64,000 nt of DNA, from positions 1-64,000 of the forward strand of contig JAWQFM010000012.1 in assembly GCA_033442325.1 (NCBI GenBank), in the 5' to 3' direction. Positions 1 through 11,062 of the stretch are shown piece after piece. A program made the translations under genes and the position numbers. The stretch is from Salpingoeca rosetta. Taxonomy: Eukaryota > Protista > Choanoflagellata. The notes under the pieces were generated by a model. That model made no database searches. It worked only from the letters and a program-made list of their open reading frames with translations, and was not told the origin of the DNA. How positions within the stretch are numbered: position 1 is the stretch's first letter; each line of letters starts with the position of its first letter.

Positions 1-78
1 ACACACACACACACACACACACACAGACAGGCGCACAGACGCACATGCGCGCACATGCCAACGTCGACGTGCACTCAC

Positions 79-473
79 AGCCTGTCGAGGATCTTCTGCT
101 CAAAGTCCACCAAGTACTTCTCCTGTTCCTCTGGGGTCATGTCACCCTGCCTCAACCGTTCATAGAGCGCCGCTTTCGCCTTGAGCTTCGCTTCAACCTG
201 TACTAGGCTCTGGCCCTCCTGCTCCTGCTGCAGTACATCTCGCCTGTGCCGCTCCAACACGCCTTTGTTCTGCTTGATCCAGCCCGCTGCACGCTTCGAC
301 TTGCGCTGCTGCAGCCGCTCATCCCGTGCTGATGGGTCGTTTTTCTCTCGCACGTACTCCTCCTGCTTCCGCGCAAGTTCTGCCTTCAGGTTCACCAAGC
401 TCGCCGTGTTCACGTTGTTTCCTTGCGCCTGCCGCGCCGTCGAGCTGGGCCATCGCGACGACGACGACGACAT
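79..473 (-). CDS. CCDC174: CCDC174 homolog, first coding exon (gene continues off the left edge)
   Basis: ATG at 473. Translation SLVNLKAELARKQEE...WIKQNKGV...KLKAKAALYERL...YLVDFEQKI matches the conserved CCDC174 N-terminus. GTGAGT donor starts at 78. Confidence 0.8.
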
Positions 474-577
474 GATGCGGGTGTGCGCGGTGAACGTTCG
501 CTGGCCTGTCGCCGTTATGGTGTGAGCTTGGGTGAAAACGCGCTGCACAAACCAAGGAGTTGAGGCAACAGAGGGAG

Positions 578-1303
578 AGAGAGAGAGATGAGGAAGCTGC
601 GCAGGCAGAAGAAGCACGTGATTATGCTTGTGTGTGATGTGTGATGTGTGTGTGATGAGTGTGTGAGCTTGTGTAAGTGATATGTGGCGGAGTCTCTCTT
701 CCACTCTCTCCTGCTTCTTCTCGTCCTCCTTCTTTCTTGTCCCAAGTCGCTCGCTTGCCTCCAATCTGTCTGTCTGCTGTGCACTCGCCGTTGCTTGTGA
801 GTGTGTTTGTGCTTGTCCCAACAGCTGCCTGCCTGCCTCACTCACTTGTTGCTTGTTGCTTGCGTGTGCTCTGCCTCAGCAGCCAGCTTTGCGAGAGAGA
901 GAGTGTGTGTCAGCCTTGTTGCTTGCTTGCCCAACTCACAACCAAAAAAAAAGAAGCAAGTGGGGCATGCCAGGATCGAACTGGCGACCTCAGGATTGCT
1001 CCTCAAGCGAGGATCATATCATTAGCGGATTATGAGACCTGCGCGCTAACCAACTGCGCCAATGCCCCCGGGGTTTGCTTGCCCGAAGTGGCAAAATTTG
1101 TTCATCTCAATCATGTGCGTCAACTGTGTGCCTTGTTTGTGTCCGCTGCTTTCATTATTTGCGCAGCGTTCCAGCCAGTACAGAAGAAGAGAAGAGGACA
1201 AGAAGCAAGCAACTAAGAAGCAAGCAAAAGAGCAGACCCTACCAAGACAGGAGCAGATCGAAGCGCTAGCAGAACAGAAGACATCAACGACATCACGACA
1301 CAC
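578..1303. repeat. Left arm of a long inverted repeat (partner 6010-6752)
   Basis: Reverse complement of 6010-6752. The ORF track shows mirror peptides (1062+ vs 6000-; 75- vs 6485+). A few substitutions and microsatellite-length differences occur in the outer part. Confidence 0.97.
961..1068 (-). tRNA. tRNA-Met(CAT), elongator type, 34-nt intron
   Basis: GGGGCAT/ATGCCCC acceptor stem, GCGC D-stem, CAGGT-CT-CAT-A anticodon arm with U31:U39, GCCAG-TTCGATC-CTGGC T arm, intron at 37/38, downstream T run. Confidence 0.93.
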
Positions 1304-1320
1304 GACAAGACAATAGCAAG

Positions 1321-1360
1321 GGGCAAGAGAGGGCAAGACAGGGCAAGAGAGGGCAAGAGA
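1321..1360 (+). repeat. 10-bp tandem repeat (GGGCAAGAGA)x4 upstream of the LRR gene
   Basis: gggcaagaga gggcaagaca gggcaagaga gggcaagaga. Confidence 0.9.
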
Positions 1361-1415
1361 GTCTGCGACGTCCCACCCAAAACCCCATCAAGGGAAGTCA
1401 GCAACCACAACAGCC

Positions 1416-2809
1416 ATGTCCGTTGGAGAGGAGAAGGTGTTGCAGGCCTTGTTGGCACACACGGCGCTGGAGGATGAGGTGAAGGACACGATTAGGTCGA
1501 TCGCCGACAACACATGTCGTGACTTTGTTCGGTGAGTGCAAGCAAGCGGTTGGAGAAACAGGACACGGGTGATTGTTGCCTCACTTATGTTCGTGAGCTT
1601 GTTAGATCTTGCGTGTTGCGTCTTGCGTGCATGGGTACAGTTGCACAACCTAGACCCACGAAGAGCGCTCGTCACACATAAAGTCTCGTGCTTGCTCCTC
1701 GTGTCATCCTCGTTCTCTTGCTCATCGTCCACGATTTGGCATCACAGCCTGCAGAGCGCTGGTCTCGGCAACAGCGGGGCGCGTGCGGTAGCCGAAGCGC
1801 TCAAGGACAACATCTGCTTGAAATGGCTTGAGTGCGTGGTGATATGGACTGCATTCTATCGCGTGACACACATGGCTGATTGGGCTGATGTTGCGCGCTG
1901 CACTCTTTCTCCCCTTGCATTCGTGTCTCTTTTCGTTACGCAGTTTGATATGCCCACTTTTGATCTCTGCTGTCCGTGTGCGCAGTCTAGCTTGCAACCA
2001 CATCGGCGATCAGGGCGCTGTGATGCTGGCGGAAGCGCTTAAGCACAGCACGACCTTGGCGGGACTCGAGTGAGTGCTCACATACATGCGTTGAAGGGAC
2101 ACGAGTTTGAGTGCTACATATTTGCGTCGCTATGCGTGCACATGTGCAGGCCCATCGGCTGTTTGGCTGCTGGCCGCTCATCGTGCCCGTGGCGGCGCAC
2201 TCAACCCGTGTCTCGGATAATCAATCATCATCGTCATCATCACACTCACTCACTCACTCACTCACTCACTCACTCCACTCACACACACACACACACACAC
2301 ACTCTCTCTCTCTCTCTTGTCTGCACAGCTTGAGGGATAATTCAATCCGTAACGAGGGCGCAATGGCACTGGCGGAAATGCTTAAGCACAACATGCCCCT
2401 CGACCTACTTATGTGAGTGCAAGTGCCTATTGAATGGAGTGTCTATGCTATACCGTTGTCGCTACATTCCCCATGGGAAACTCGACCCGAGACACAGTGA
2501 GTCACGCATGACGTGTTTAGCTGCGTCGTGCTTCAATTCATCACTGCGTCATAAGAGCGCGCGCGACTGGTGTTACTTCTTGTGCTTTGCCACTGTCTCA
2601 TTCGTGGCTCTGCTTGCTGCTTGTCTTTCGATCTCATTCCGCTTTCCCTCAACATCTTCCCGTGAACCTGCTTGCCACCCCAGCTTAAGCAACAACTCCA
2701 TCATGTCAGTTGGCGGTACGGCGCTGGGTGCTGCCCTTCACCGAAATCGCACCCTGGAACGACTCTGGTGCGTCGATTGCGCTGCAGCTGTCTCGTGTGT
2801 CTCGTGTGT

Positions 2810-2891
<82 letters not shown>

Positions 2892-2935
2892 CGTGTGTGT
2901 GTGCGTGTGTGTGTGTGTGTGCGTGTGTGTGTGTG

Positions 2936-2982
<47 letters not shown>

Positions 2983-4242
2983 TGATGAATCGCTGCTCCC
3001 AGTCACGCTACGATACGCCTTGCTCCCCTGTGTCACACCGGTCTCACTTCTCACCAACACGAGTCCTTGATACTCCCGCACCGCAACACTCACCTGCCTG
3101 CTGCCATGTCCTGGTCACTGACCAACGCTCTAACCCTTGAACTACACCCGTGTCTTGAACATCCTCACCGCGTGTTTGTCAACCATTCAGGGTCGAGAAC
3201 AACTCCACCGCCACAGCCCGCGCCTTTGGTGCCGCGCTGCCCGTCAATCGCGCGGTGATCACAAGCTGGTCAGTCCACATTCCGACTTGCAGCTGCAAGC
3301 GCTTGCTTCCTATCCACACCCAGCTCGCTTCTCCTGTCCACACCTCACACTCCACTCTTTGATTGTGATGATTACTCCCCATCCCCAACATCTTGTGTGA
3401 TCAAAGGGACCAGCACGACGAGAGCCTGACCGCCTTTTTTGCAGCTCGCGAAGAGAAGAAGCAGCAACTTGAGCAACTGTTTGCCGCCTGCAAGAGCGGC
3501 GACGCTCCAGCTGTCACCTCTTTCCTCACCCAAGACAACACAGACATCAACCAACAAGACGAAGAGGTGTGTGCACGTGCGAACTCGTATTAACATGCGT
3601 CAAATATTCATTGTAACGGGGCGTGTGGGCTTGTATCCACGGGATTCTCACTTCAAGTCCCTGCTTCTCCATTCAACTGCAGGGCGACACGCCACTGCAC
3701 GTTGCCTGCAGGCACAATCAGTCCGCCATCGTGAAGAAGGTCCTTGAGAAGGGCGCAGACACTTCCATCAAGAACAAGCAGGTGTGCTTCCCTTCGCATG
3801 CTGATGTCGATGCTGTCGATGCGCTACCTCACTTGCGTTGTCTGCTTTGGTTTGCTTGCACTGCATCCTCTTCGCCAGCTTATTGCTTGCTGTTGTTTTC
3901 ACAATCGGCCACATACAGGGAGATACACCGTTCGATGTGGCGACAGCCAATGATCACACTGCCATCACCAGCATCCCAGGACTCAACCTTGAGAGCAAAT
4001 CCCAGGAACGACAAGTGGAACGGCCACAACAACAGCAACAGCAGCAGCAGGAGAAGAACAAGGAGGAGGAGAAGAACAAGGAGGAGGAGAAGAACAAGGA
4101 GGAGGAGGAGGAGGAGGGGGAGGAGGAGGAGGAGGAGGAGGGGGAGGAGGGGGAGGAGGGGGAGGAGGAGGAGGAGGAGGAGGAGGAGGAAGAAGACCCG
4201 CCTGCGTCCACCCGTTCCACCAAACCGAAGCAAGACGAATGA
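1416..4242 (+). CDS. RI-type (NLRC3-like) LRR + ankyrin repeat protein with Glu-rich tail, about 9 exons
   Basis: Exons 1416-1531, 1748-1831, 1986-2069, 2329-2412, 2684-2767 (LxxNxIGDxGAxxLAEALKxN), 3191-3268, ~3408-3567, 3683-3781 (GDTPLHVAC), ~3918-4242 (GDTPFDVA...EEEE...KQDE*). Canonical GT-AG junctions. Confidence 0.8.
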
Positions 4243-4383
4243 ATGAGCAGCGCGCAAGGCGTGAGTGATCAGACATTGTTTGCATGCAAGCAACGCGGGC
4301 AATGCAGGCACACGCGTACATCGCACCGCTCGTGTCACTCGTGCTCTTCATGCCCTGTCCTCTAACACGGTGTCGCTCACCAG

Positions 4384-6009
4384 AACGACGACCACAGCTG
4401 CGCCCCATGATCCAGGACCTGCGCCAGATCATCTCCTCCACAGCACTGGCACAGGAGTGCGTGAGCCAGGAGGTGGCTGTGTCCTACCTCCACCTCTACG
4501 ACAAACTGATGGCACTGAGCAAGGACGAGAAGCGACCGCTGCTCACGATTGATGGGGTGGTGGACATTGCGCGCACATGTGGGCTGCGCACACGTGAGGA
4601 GACAAGAGCGTGCCTCCAGTTCCTGCACCTGTACTCAATGGTGTTGTGCTACGACAGCGTACCAGGCATGGAGGACCATGTGATCCTAGATACGCAGTAC
4701 AATGACGCGCGTCATCCGCACCTTTGACCTGCACCGCGATGTGCGTGATGGAGAGTCGAGGGCCGTTGGCGCGCAGCTGTGGGATGACTTAGTTGACCGC
4801 GGCATCCTGCATTGTCGCTTGCTCGACGTGTCGTGGAGGGACGTGGACAGCAAGTTGGTTGACCCGTTCCCTGCGCCTAGTGATGCAGTACGGGCTGTGC
4901 ATTGACTACTCTCCACCCAAGCTGGTCGACAGCCGCAGAGCGCTCGCTTGCGCCAACTCCGGCCACGGTGACAACGATGCGAGCCAGAGCAAGGGCAGCA
5001 GTCCCGGGCACCAGCAATACCTGGTCCCAGCCATCCTGCCGATGACGATCCGCCACAGCAGCAGCACGATGGCATCCGTGTCGCTGAGCACGACAGCAGC
5101 ACAGCAGGTCAACCCGTATCTTGGGCACGAGGAGAAGACGGCCTACGTCGCCTTCAGCCTGAAGCAATTCAAGCGAAGTGCGAGCGTGTGTGCTGGAGAC
5201 GCACAGCACGCGTCTTTCCTGCCCGAGGGGCTGTTTACCGTGGTGCTGGCGCATGTGATGGCGCACGCGCAGCACGGCGCATCTCAGGCGCCCAAGCTGA
5301 GTCGCACCCACGCCGTCTGCTTCATGGAGTCGACCAAGCTTGAGCTGCAGCTTGTGCCGGCTGTTGGCGGCATCAAGATGAAGATCACGAGTGCGCAGCC
5401 AGGCGCCATGCTGCACATGCTGCACACCATGATCAGCGAGGCCGCCAGAGAGCGCTATTTTGAGCTGAAGAGCAGCCTCCTGCTGCCATTTGACGACAAG
5501 ATGCTTCTGTTCTTTGAAGATGTGTTGTACCACCACAAGAGCAAGCAGGACATGTGGGTAGACGAACAGCTGCTGCCGCCCGATGACCTTGTCGCCAAGT
5601 ATGGCCGTCTCTTGCCCGTACTCGGCCTGCAGGACAAGTACGACGTCTTCATCAGCTACAGGTGAGCTGTCTGTGTGTGTGTGTATTGCGCGTGTATGTG
5701 TATGTGTATGTGTATGTGTGTGTGTGTGTGTCGCTGCAACCTACCACCACAACTTCCCCTCCTCACACCAACCTCCACCACCACCACCATCACCACAGGC
5801 AACGCGCCAACATGGTGATGGCGCTGCATCCGCGCTTGGAGCAGCATAACCTGGTTGCGTTCCTGGACGCCAACAACCTGGAGACGGGCCTCAACTTCAA
5901 GCTGTCGTTCATGACGGCGATTGGGCTGAGCCTGGTGGCCTGCCCCATCGTCTCTGCTGCCACCATCATGCAGATGAGGCAGCTGCAGCACAGCGACTAC
6001 TATCCTGCG
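4384..6009 (+). pseudogene. COR + TIR domain remnant of a ROCO-type gene; two frameshifts, TIR truncated by the right repeat arm
   Basis: COR-like LQFLHLYSMVLCYDSVPGMEDHVILD, YLVPAILP and FLPEGLF lie in three successive frames (shifts near 4697 and 4870). TIR-like YDVFISYR / VAFLDANNLETG is cut at 6009. Confidence 0.75.
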
Positions 6010-6244
6010 GTGTGTCGTGATGTCGTTGATGTCTTCTGTTCTGCTAGCGCTTCGATCTGCTCCTGTCTTGGTAGGGTCTGCTCTTTTGCTTGCTTCTTAG
6101 TTGCTTGCTTCTTGTCCTCTTCTCTTCTTCTGTACTGGCTGGAACGCTGCGCAAATAATGAAAGCAGCGGACACAAACAAGGCACACAGTTGACGCACAT
6201 GATTGAGATGAACAAATTTTGCCACTTCGGGCAAGCAAACCCCG

Positions 6245-6352
6245 GGGGCATTGGCGCAGTTGGTTAGCGCGCAGGTCTCATAATCCGCTAATGATATGAT
6301 CCTCGCATGAGGAGCAATCCTGAGGTCGCCAGTTCGATCCTGGCATGCCCCA
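6245..6352 (+). tRNA. tRNA-Met(CAT), elongator type, intron 6283-6316
   Basis: Full cloverleaf, anticodon CAT at 6279-6281. Exons identical to the copy at 961-1068, one intron difference. Confidence 0.93.
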
Positions 6353-6360
6353 TTTGCTTC

Positions 6361-6368
6361 TTTTTTTT
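6361..6368 (+). terminator. Pol III oligo-dT terminator
   Basis: T run shortly after the tRNA 3' end, mirrored by the A run just left of 961. Confidence 0.7.
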
Positions 6369-6822
6369 GTGAGTTGGGCAAGCAAGCAAGCAAGCAAGGC
6401 GAAGCAGCGGCTGACACACACACACACACTCTCTCTCACAAGGTTGGCTGCTGAGGCAGAGCACACGCAAGCAACAAGCAACAAGTGAGTGAGGCAGGCA
6501 GGCAGCTGTTGGGACAAGCACAAACACACTCACAAGCAACGGCGAGTGCACAGCAGATAGACAGATTGGAGGCAAGCGAGCGACTTGGGACAAGAAAGAA
6601 GGAGGACGAGAAGGAGCAGGAGAGAGTGGAAGAGAGACTCCGCCACATATCACTTACACAAGCTCACACACTCATCACACACACATCACACATCACACAC
6701 AAGCATAATCACGTGCTTCTTCTGCCTGCGCAGCTTCCTCATCTCTTTCTCTGTGTGTGTGTGTGTGCTGGTTCTCCCTGCTTCCCGTCCATCCACACTG
6801 ACAGCCCTCCAGATAGCCAACC

Positions 6823-7953
6823 ATGTCCTCTGGACAACATCGGCCCCTACATGAGCAGCTGAGAGCGGTGCGCCTAAAACCCACGACCGCCAGGCTCGCA
6901 GCCAAGAAGCCACAGCCAGTGCGCGGCCTCGTCGCAGATGCACATGACGATGTCATCACTGATGCCGCATTCAGCTACGACGGTACAGTGTGCGTGTGCG
7001 CGCGTGTCTGTGTGCGTGTCTGTGTGCGTGTCTGTGTGTGCGTGTGTGTGTGTGTGTGTGTGCACGCGTACGATGGTCAGCTCTTCTCTCCTCCACTCTT
7101 CCCTCTGCTCTTCCTCCCTCCCTCTCTCAGTCTCGCCTCGTGACGCTCGTTCCTCACTTCGTCCAACACTTCAAATGGTTCATCTGTCAGGCACCCGATT
7201 GGCCACTGGCAGTGCCGATGGCTACGTGAACATCTTTGACCTCGTGGACGGCCGCTGGATTCGCTCCCAGAAGAGACCTGTAAGTTGGCTGGCGTTGACC
7301 TGGCGTTTGGTGGTTTCTCTGCTCACCTCTGCTTACCTCTGCTTACTTCTTCTTACCTCTGCTTACCTCTGCTTACCTCTGTTTCAGTTCCTTCACACAG
7401 AGAGAGAGAGACAGACAGACAGACAGAGACAGAGACAGAGACACACACACACACACACACACAGACACTCACACGCTCACACGCTCACACAATGTCACTC
7501 ACTGTTACCTTTGCGGCTGGCAGGAGCTCGGCAGTGCCGTGTCGAAGCTGGCGTGGGCGCACCCATATTATGGTCAACTGATTGCTTGTGCAGGATACCG
7601 AGGGCACCTGAGCATCTTCGCTGAAGAGCGTGCGTGCGCTATGTGCTGCACACGCATGCGTGTGAACAACTGCACGTACATGTGTGCATGTGTGCGTGTG
7701 AACAAGTGCACGTGCGTGACTGCTTGGACATGTTCTCTCTAATCTCTCCCAACCCACTTGTGCGACCACTGCCGCCCTCCGCAACTGACTGCACTGCAGC
7801 TGGAGCCGAGCTGCAGCAAGGGCAGATGACGTGGGCAGCCCGCATGGACTTTTCCGACACACACGCGATCACAGACCTCCGCTTTGCGCCCCAGCAGCTC
7901 GGCCTTATCCTCGTGCGTATGCGTTGTGTGAATGTGTGTGTGTGTGTGTGTGA

Positions 7954-8009
<56 letters not shown>

Positions 8010-8710
8010 AAAGTGGGTGTGTGGAAAGTGGTGAGCGAGTCAGTGTGAGTTGGTGTGAGTGTGTGTGCGTGTGTCAGCATGTGAATGCAAGGCGTTCGTG
8101 TGTGTGTGTGTGTGTCACCGAGTGAGCATGCGGTTGCATGGTGTGTGGAGGGTGCGACACGATGTGCGTGCTTTGCACAGTGCTTGCGAGTTCACTCACA
8201 CCCTTTGTCCTCTCCATCATATCGCCCGTCCCCAAACCCTCGCAGGTTGCATGTTATGCCGACGGGTTTGTGCGTTTTCTCAAGGCCGAGGCCCCATTTG
8301 AGCCTGTCGAGTGGCGCGTTGTGGTGAGTCGACAGTCATGCATCCAATACACAAGCATCATTCTTGCTGCTGCTACTGCCACATCTTCCCAATCGTGCAG
8401 CGTTTCATGTTATGCATCCTCCCAATTGTGCCACCTCCCAATCGTGCATGTGCCACCCTCCTCTCGTCCTCTCATGGCACGGTGCAATGGTGCAACGGTG
8501 CAACGGTGCAGGTGTCTGCGAACCTGCGCGGGTCTGGGGTGCCGACTGTGGACTGGTGCGAGCGGCGGACGTGGGATTACGTCATGGCGCTCGGCGCACG
8601 CGAGGGCGACCACGGTGTCCGCCTCTACCACTACGACCAGGAATCCCTGTACGCTTCTGTAGAAGAGTGCGTGTGTGTGTGCGTGTGTGTGTGCGTGTAT
8701 GTTGTGTGTG

Positions 8711-8791
<81 letters not shown>

Positions 8792-9871
8792 GTGTGTGTC
8801 CGTGTGTGTGTGTGTGTGTGTGTCCCCGTGTGCACATGTGATTGTGCAACGCCAATGTGTGGTGTGTTTTACCACACATTCCTTGTTCCTTTTCACCCCA
8901 TCCACCGTCCTTTCACCCCTCCTTTCGCCCGTCCCTTCACCTGCGTTCTTCACCGCAGGGAGCTTGACATGGCTGAAAAAGTTCAAGCTGAGCCTGCCAC
9001 CAGCATCGCCTTTGCGCCAGCAATGGGCAGGTCCGTGGCCATGCACGTGTGTGTATATGTATGTGCACGCATCTCCGTGTACGAGCACGTGTGTGTGTGT
9101 ATGTGTGTGTGTGTGCGTGTGTGTGTGCGTGTGTGTGTGAGCACGAGTTTATATGTATGTGTATGTGTGCATGCTCGCCAAACGCACACATGTACATCCC
9201 AAGTACACCCGTGTATACATGCCCAGCATGCCCTTCGTTCCGTTCCTTCCCTTCCCTCTCCGTTTCCGTTTCCGTTTCCCCTTCCCCTTCCCTTTCCCTT
9301 CCGTTCTCCTTCCATTTCCTCCTACCTCATCTCACCCCCCTCCCCTCCCAATCCGCAGGTCATATCTGCTGTTGGCGGTGGCCATGCCAGACGGAGTCGT
9401 GCGCGTCCACAAAATACACAAGTCCGCTGATTATGATGATCCTGATGTGACTGTCGTTGTTGATTGTTGCCTCGTGAATTCACACCCCCGCCCCCACACA
9501 CACGCACACACCGCTCTCCCTCCCACCGTTTTACCACATCACCATCAACGTCACCTGTACTCATGTTCATCCCTTCTCCTCGTCCTCGTCCTCCTCCACC
9601 TCTAATTCCATTCGACTGCACGGCAGGGTGCGGATCAAGGGTGCGCCGCCCAAATACCGACCGGAGCTCATCTTCGATCGCCATTTGCACAAGGGCATGG
9701 TGAGGCCATGCTGGCACACCCCACATGCCAACCCCNNNNNNNNNNNNNNNNNNNNNNNNNNNNNNNNNNNNNNNNNNNNNNNNNNNNNNNNNNNNNNNNN
9801 NNNNNNNNNNNNNNNNNNNNNNNNNNNNNNNNNNNTCTCACACACACACGCACACGAGTCAGGCGCACGAG

Positions 9872-9955
<84 letters not shown>

Positions 9956-10099
9956 ACATACACACACTTCCTGCCTTCATCTCGTCCACTGCAATTTGCA
10001 AATGGTTCAAGGTGCAATTTTATTCGTGCAAAGCATGGCTCGCTGGGAATGTTGGTTGCTGTGCCTGGACAGTGGTTGCCGTGTGACGTCGCGTTGTGA
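6823..10099 (+). CDS. SEH1: Nucleoporin SEH1-like WD40 protein (multi-exon; 3' end uncertain because of the N gap)
   Basis: HDDVITDAAFSYDG/TRLATGSADG, LAWAHPYYGQLIAC, DLRFAPQQLGLIL/VACYADGFVR and SIAFAPAMGR/SYLLLAVA match SEH1 motifs (WAHPEFGQ, FAPxxxGLxLA, FAPNLGRS). Confidence 0.8.
7321..7380 (+). repeat. Intronic 10-bp tandem repeat (GCTTACCTCT)x6
   Basis: Directly visible, with a few variant units. Confidence 0.9.
9736..9835. other. Assembly gap (100 N)
   Basis: N run. Confidence 1.
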
Positions 10100-10269
10100 G
10101 TTGTGGGGCAATGGGCTGGGGGTGACGGAGTGTGGAAGCTGCCAGCGCACGCAAAGCCGCTCCCAAGCAACAACAGCGGGCAAGACACAGCCAAGATGCT
10201 TCATTTTCTTCTTCCCCACTCCATCAACACGATTCCTTCGTGAGCAGTGAGCCTCCCCCCACTTCCACG

Positions 10270-10703
10270 ATGCGCGCTTCCGCCTTCACGGGCACCCTGC
10301 TAGTGGTGCTCGCTTTCAGCGTGCTCGCTCGTTCCGCCACACACGCCATCGTCAACGACGTGAGTGCGCGGATACAAATGATTGAGACAGTGCTCTGCTT
10401 GCTCTGCTTGGAAGGAAGAGGGGTGCTCTGCTTGAGGTCTTGTGCCCTTGAACACTTGGACCCTCTCCCCTCTGTTTTCCCTGTGCTCCTTGCTTCCCTT
10501 GTCGTGTTTGGCACATTCAACTGGCTCAGCTTCTACGACTCTACATCGTACTCACCCCCAACACCCACGAATGTACTACTGCAGACTGTCGTTCTTGGAG
10601 ATGAACTCAGCCCATCCGAATTCCTTGCAGAAGTGGTGAGCCCATTCGACAACAACGGATCCGCGCTGTGTGTGTGTGTCTGTGTGTGTGTGTGTGCGTG
10701 TGT

Positions 10704-10760
<57 letters not shown>

Positions 10761-10999
10761 TGTGTGTATGCACCTGCTGTTGTCAACGGCCTTCCTCTTC
10801 CTCCCCCCCCCCTCTTCGTGCACCACAACAACACCTCTGCCTCACCCAGCAAATCAAACTTGTCCTCCACGTTCTTGATGTCCAAAAGGCAATCGATGGC
10901 TGCGCCAGCTTGACAGCTGCTTCCGAAGGCTACCACTTTGAAGGAGGCCAGGCGTCTGGTCTCTCCCAGGACCGCTGCACCACAGGTACACCTGGCTGT

Positions 11000-11062
<63 letters not shown>

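Larger units (their letters stand above)
578..6752. mobile_element. Putative non-autonomous foldback/Pack-type cassette with tRNA-containing terminal inverted repeats
   Basis: Long inverted arms enclose chimeric, partly decayed cargo and sit between two divergent conserved genes. No transposase and no clear TSD seen, so mobility is inferred only. Confidence 0.45.
6010..6752. repeat. Right arm of the long inverted repeat
   Basis: Reverse complement of 578-1303. Confidence 0.97.

Noticed and set aside
474-845. N-terminal extension of the CCDC174 ORF (and mirror ORF 6485-6862)
   Set aside because: Lies in the repeat arm or UTR, starts at a GTG, and shows no similarity to CCDC174. The conserved region begins after ATG 473.
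3880-4441. PolyL/polyP/polyS minus-strand ORFs
   Set aside because: Antisense readings of the GAG-rich Glu tract.
6010-6752. Right arm as a pure assembly duplication
   Set aside because: The arms differ by several substitutions and indels, which argues for two real copies. Long reads are still needed.
560-6770. Target-site duplication or transposase for the inverted-repeat cassette
   Set aside because: Flanks (GAGGGAGAGA vs GTGTGTGTG) show no direct repeat and no DDE or tyrosine-recombinase ORF is present, so it is not assigned to a known transposon superfamily.
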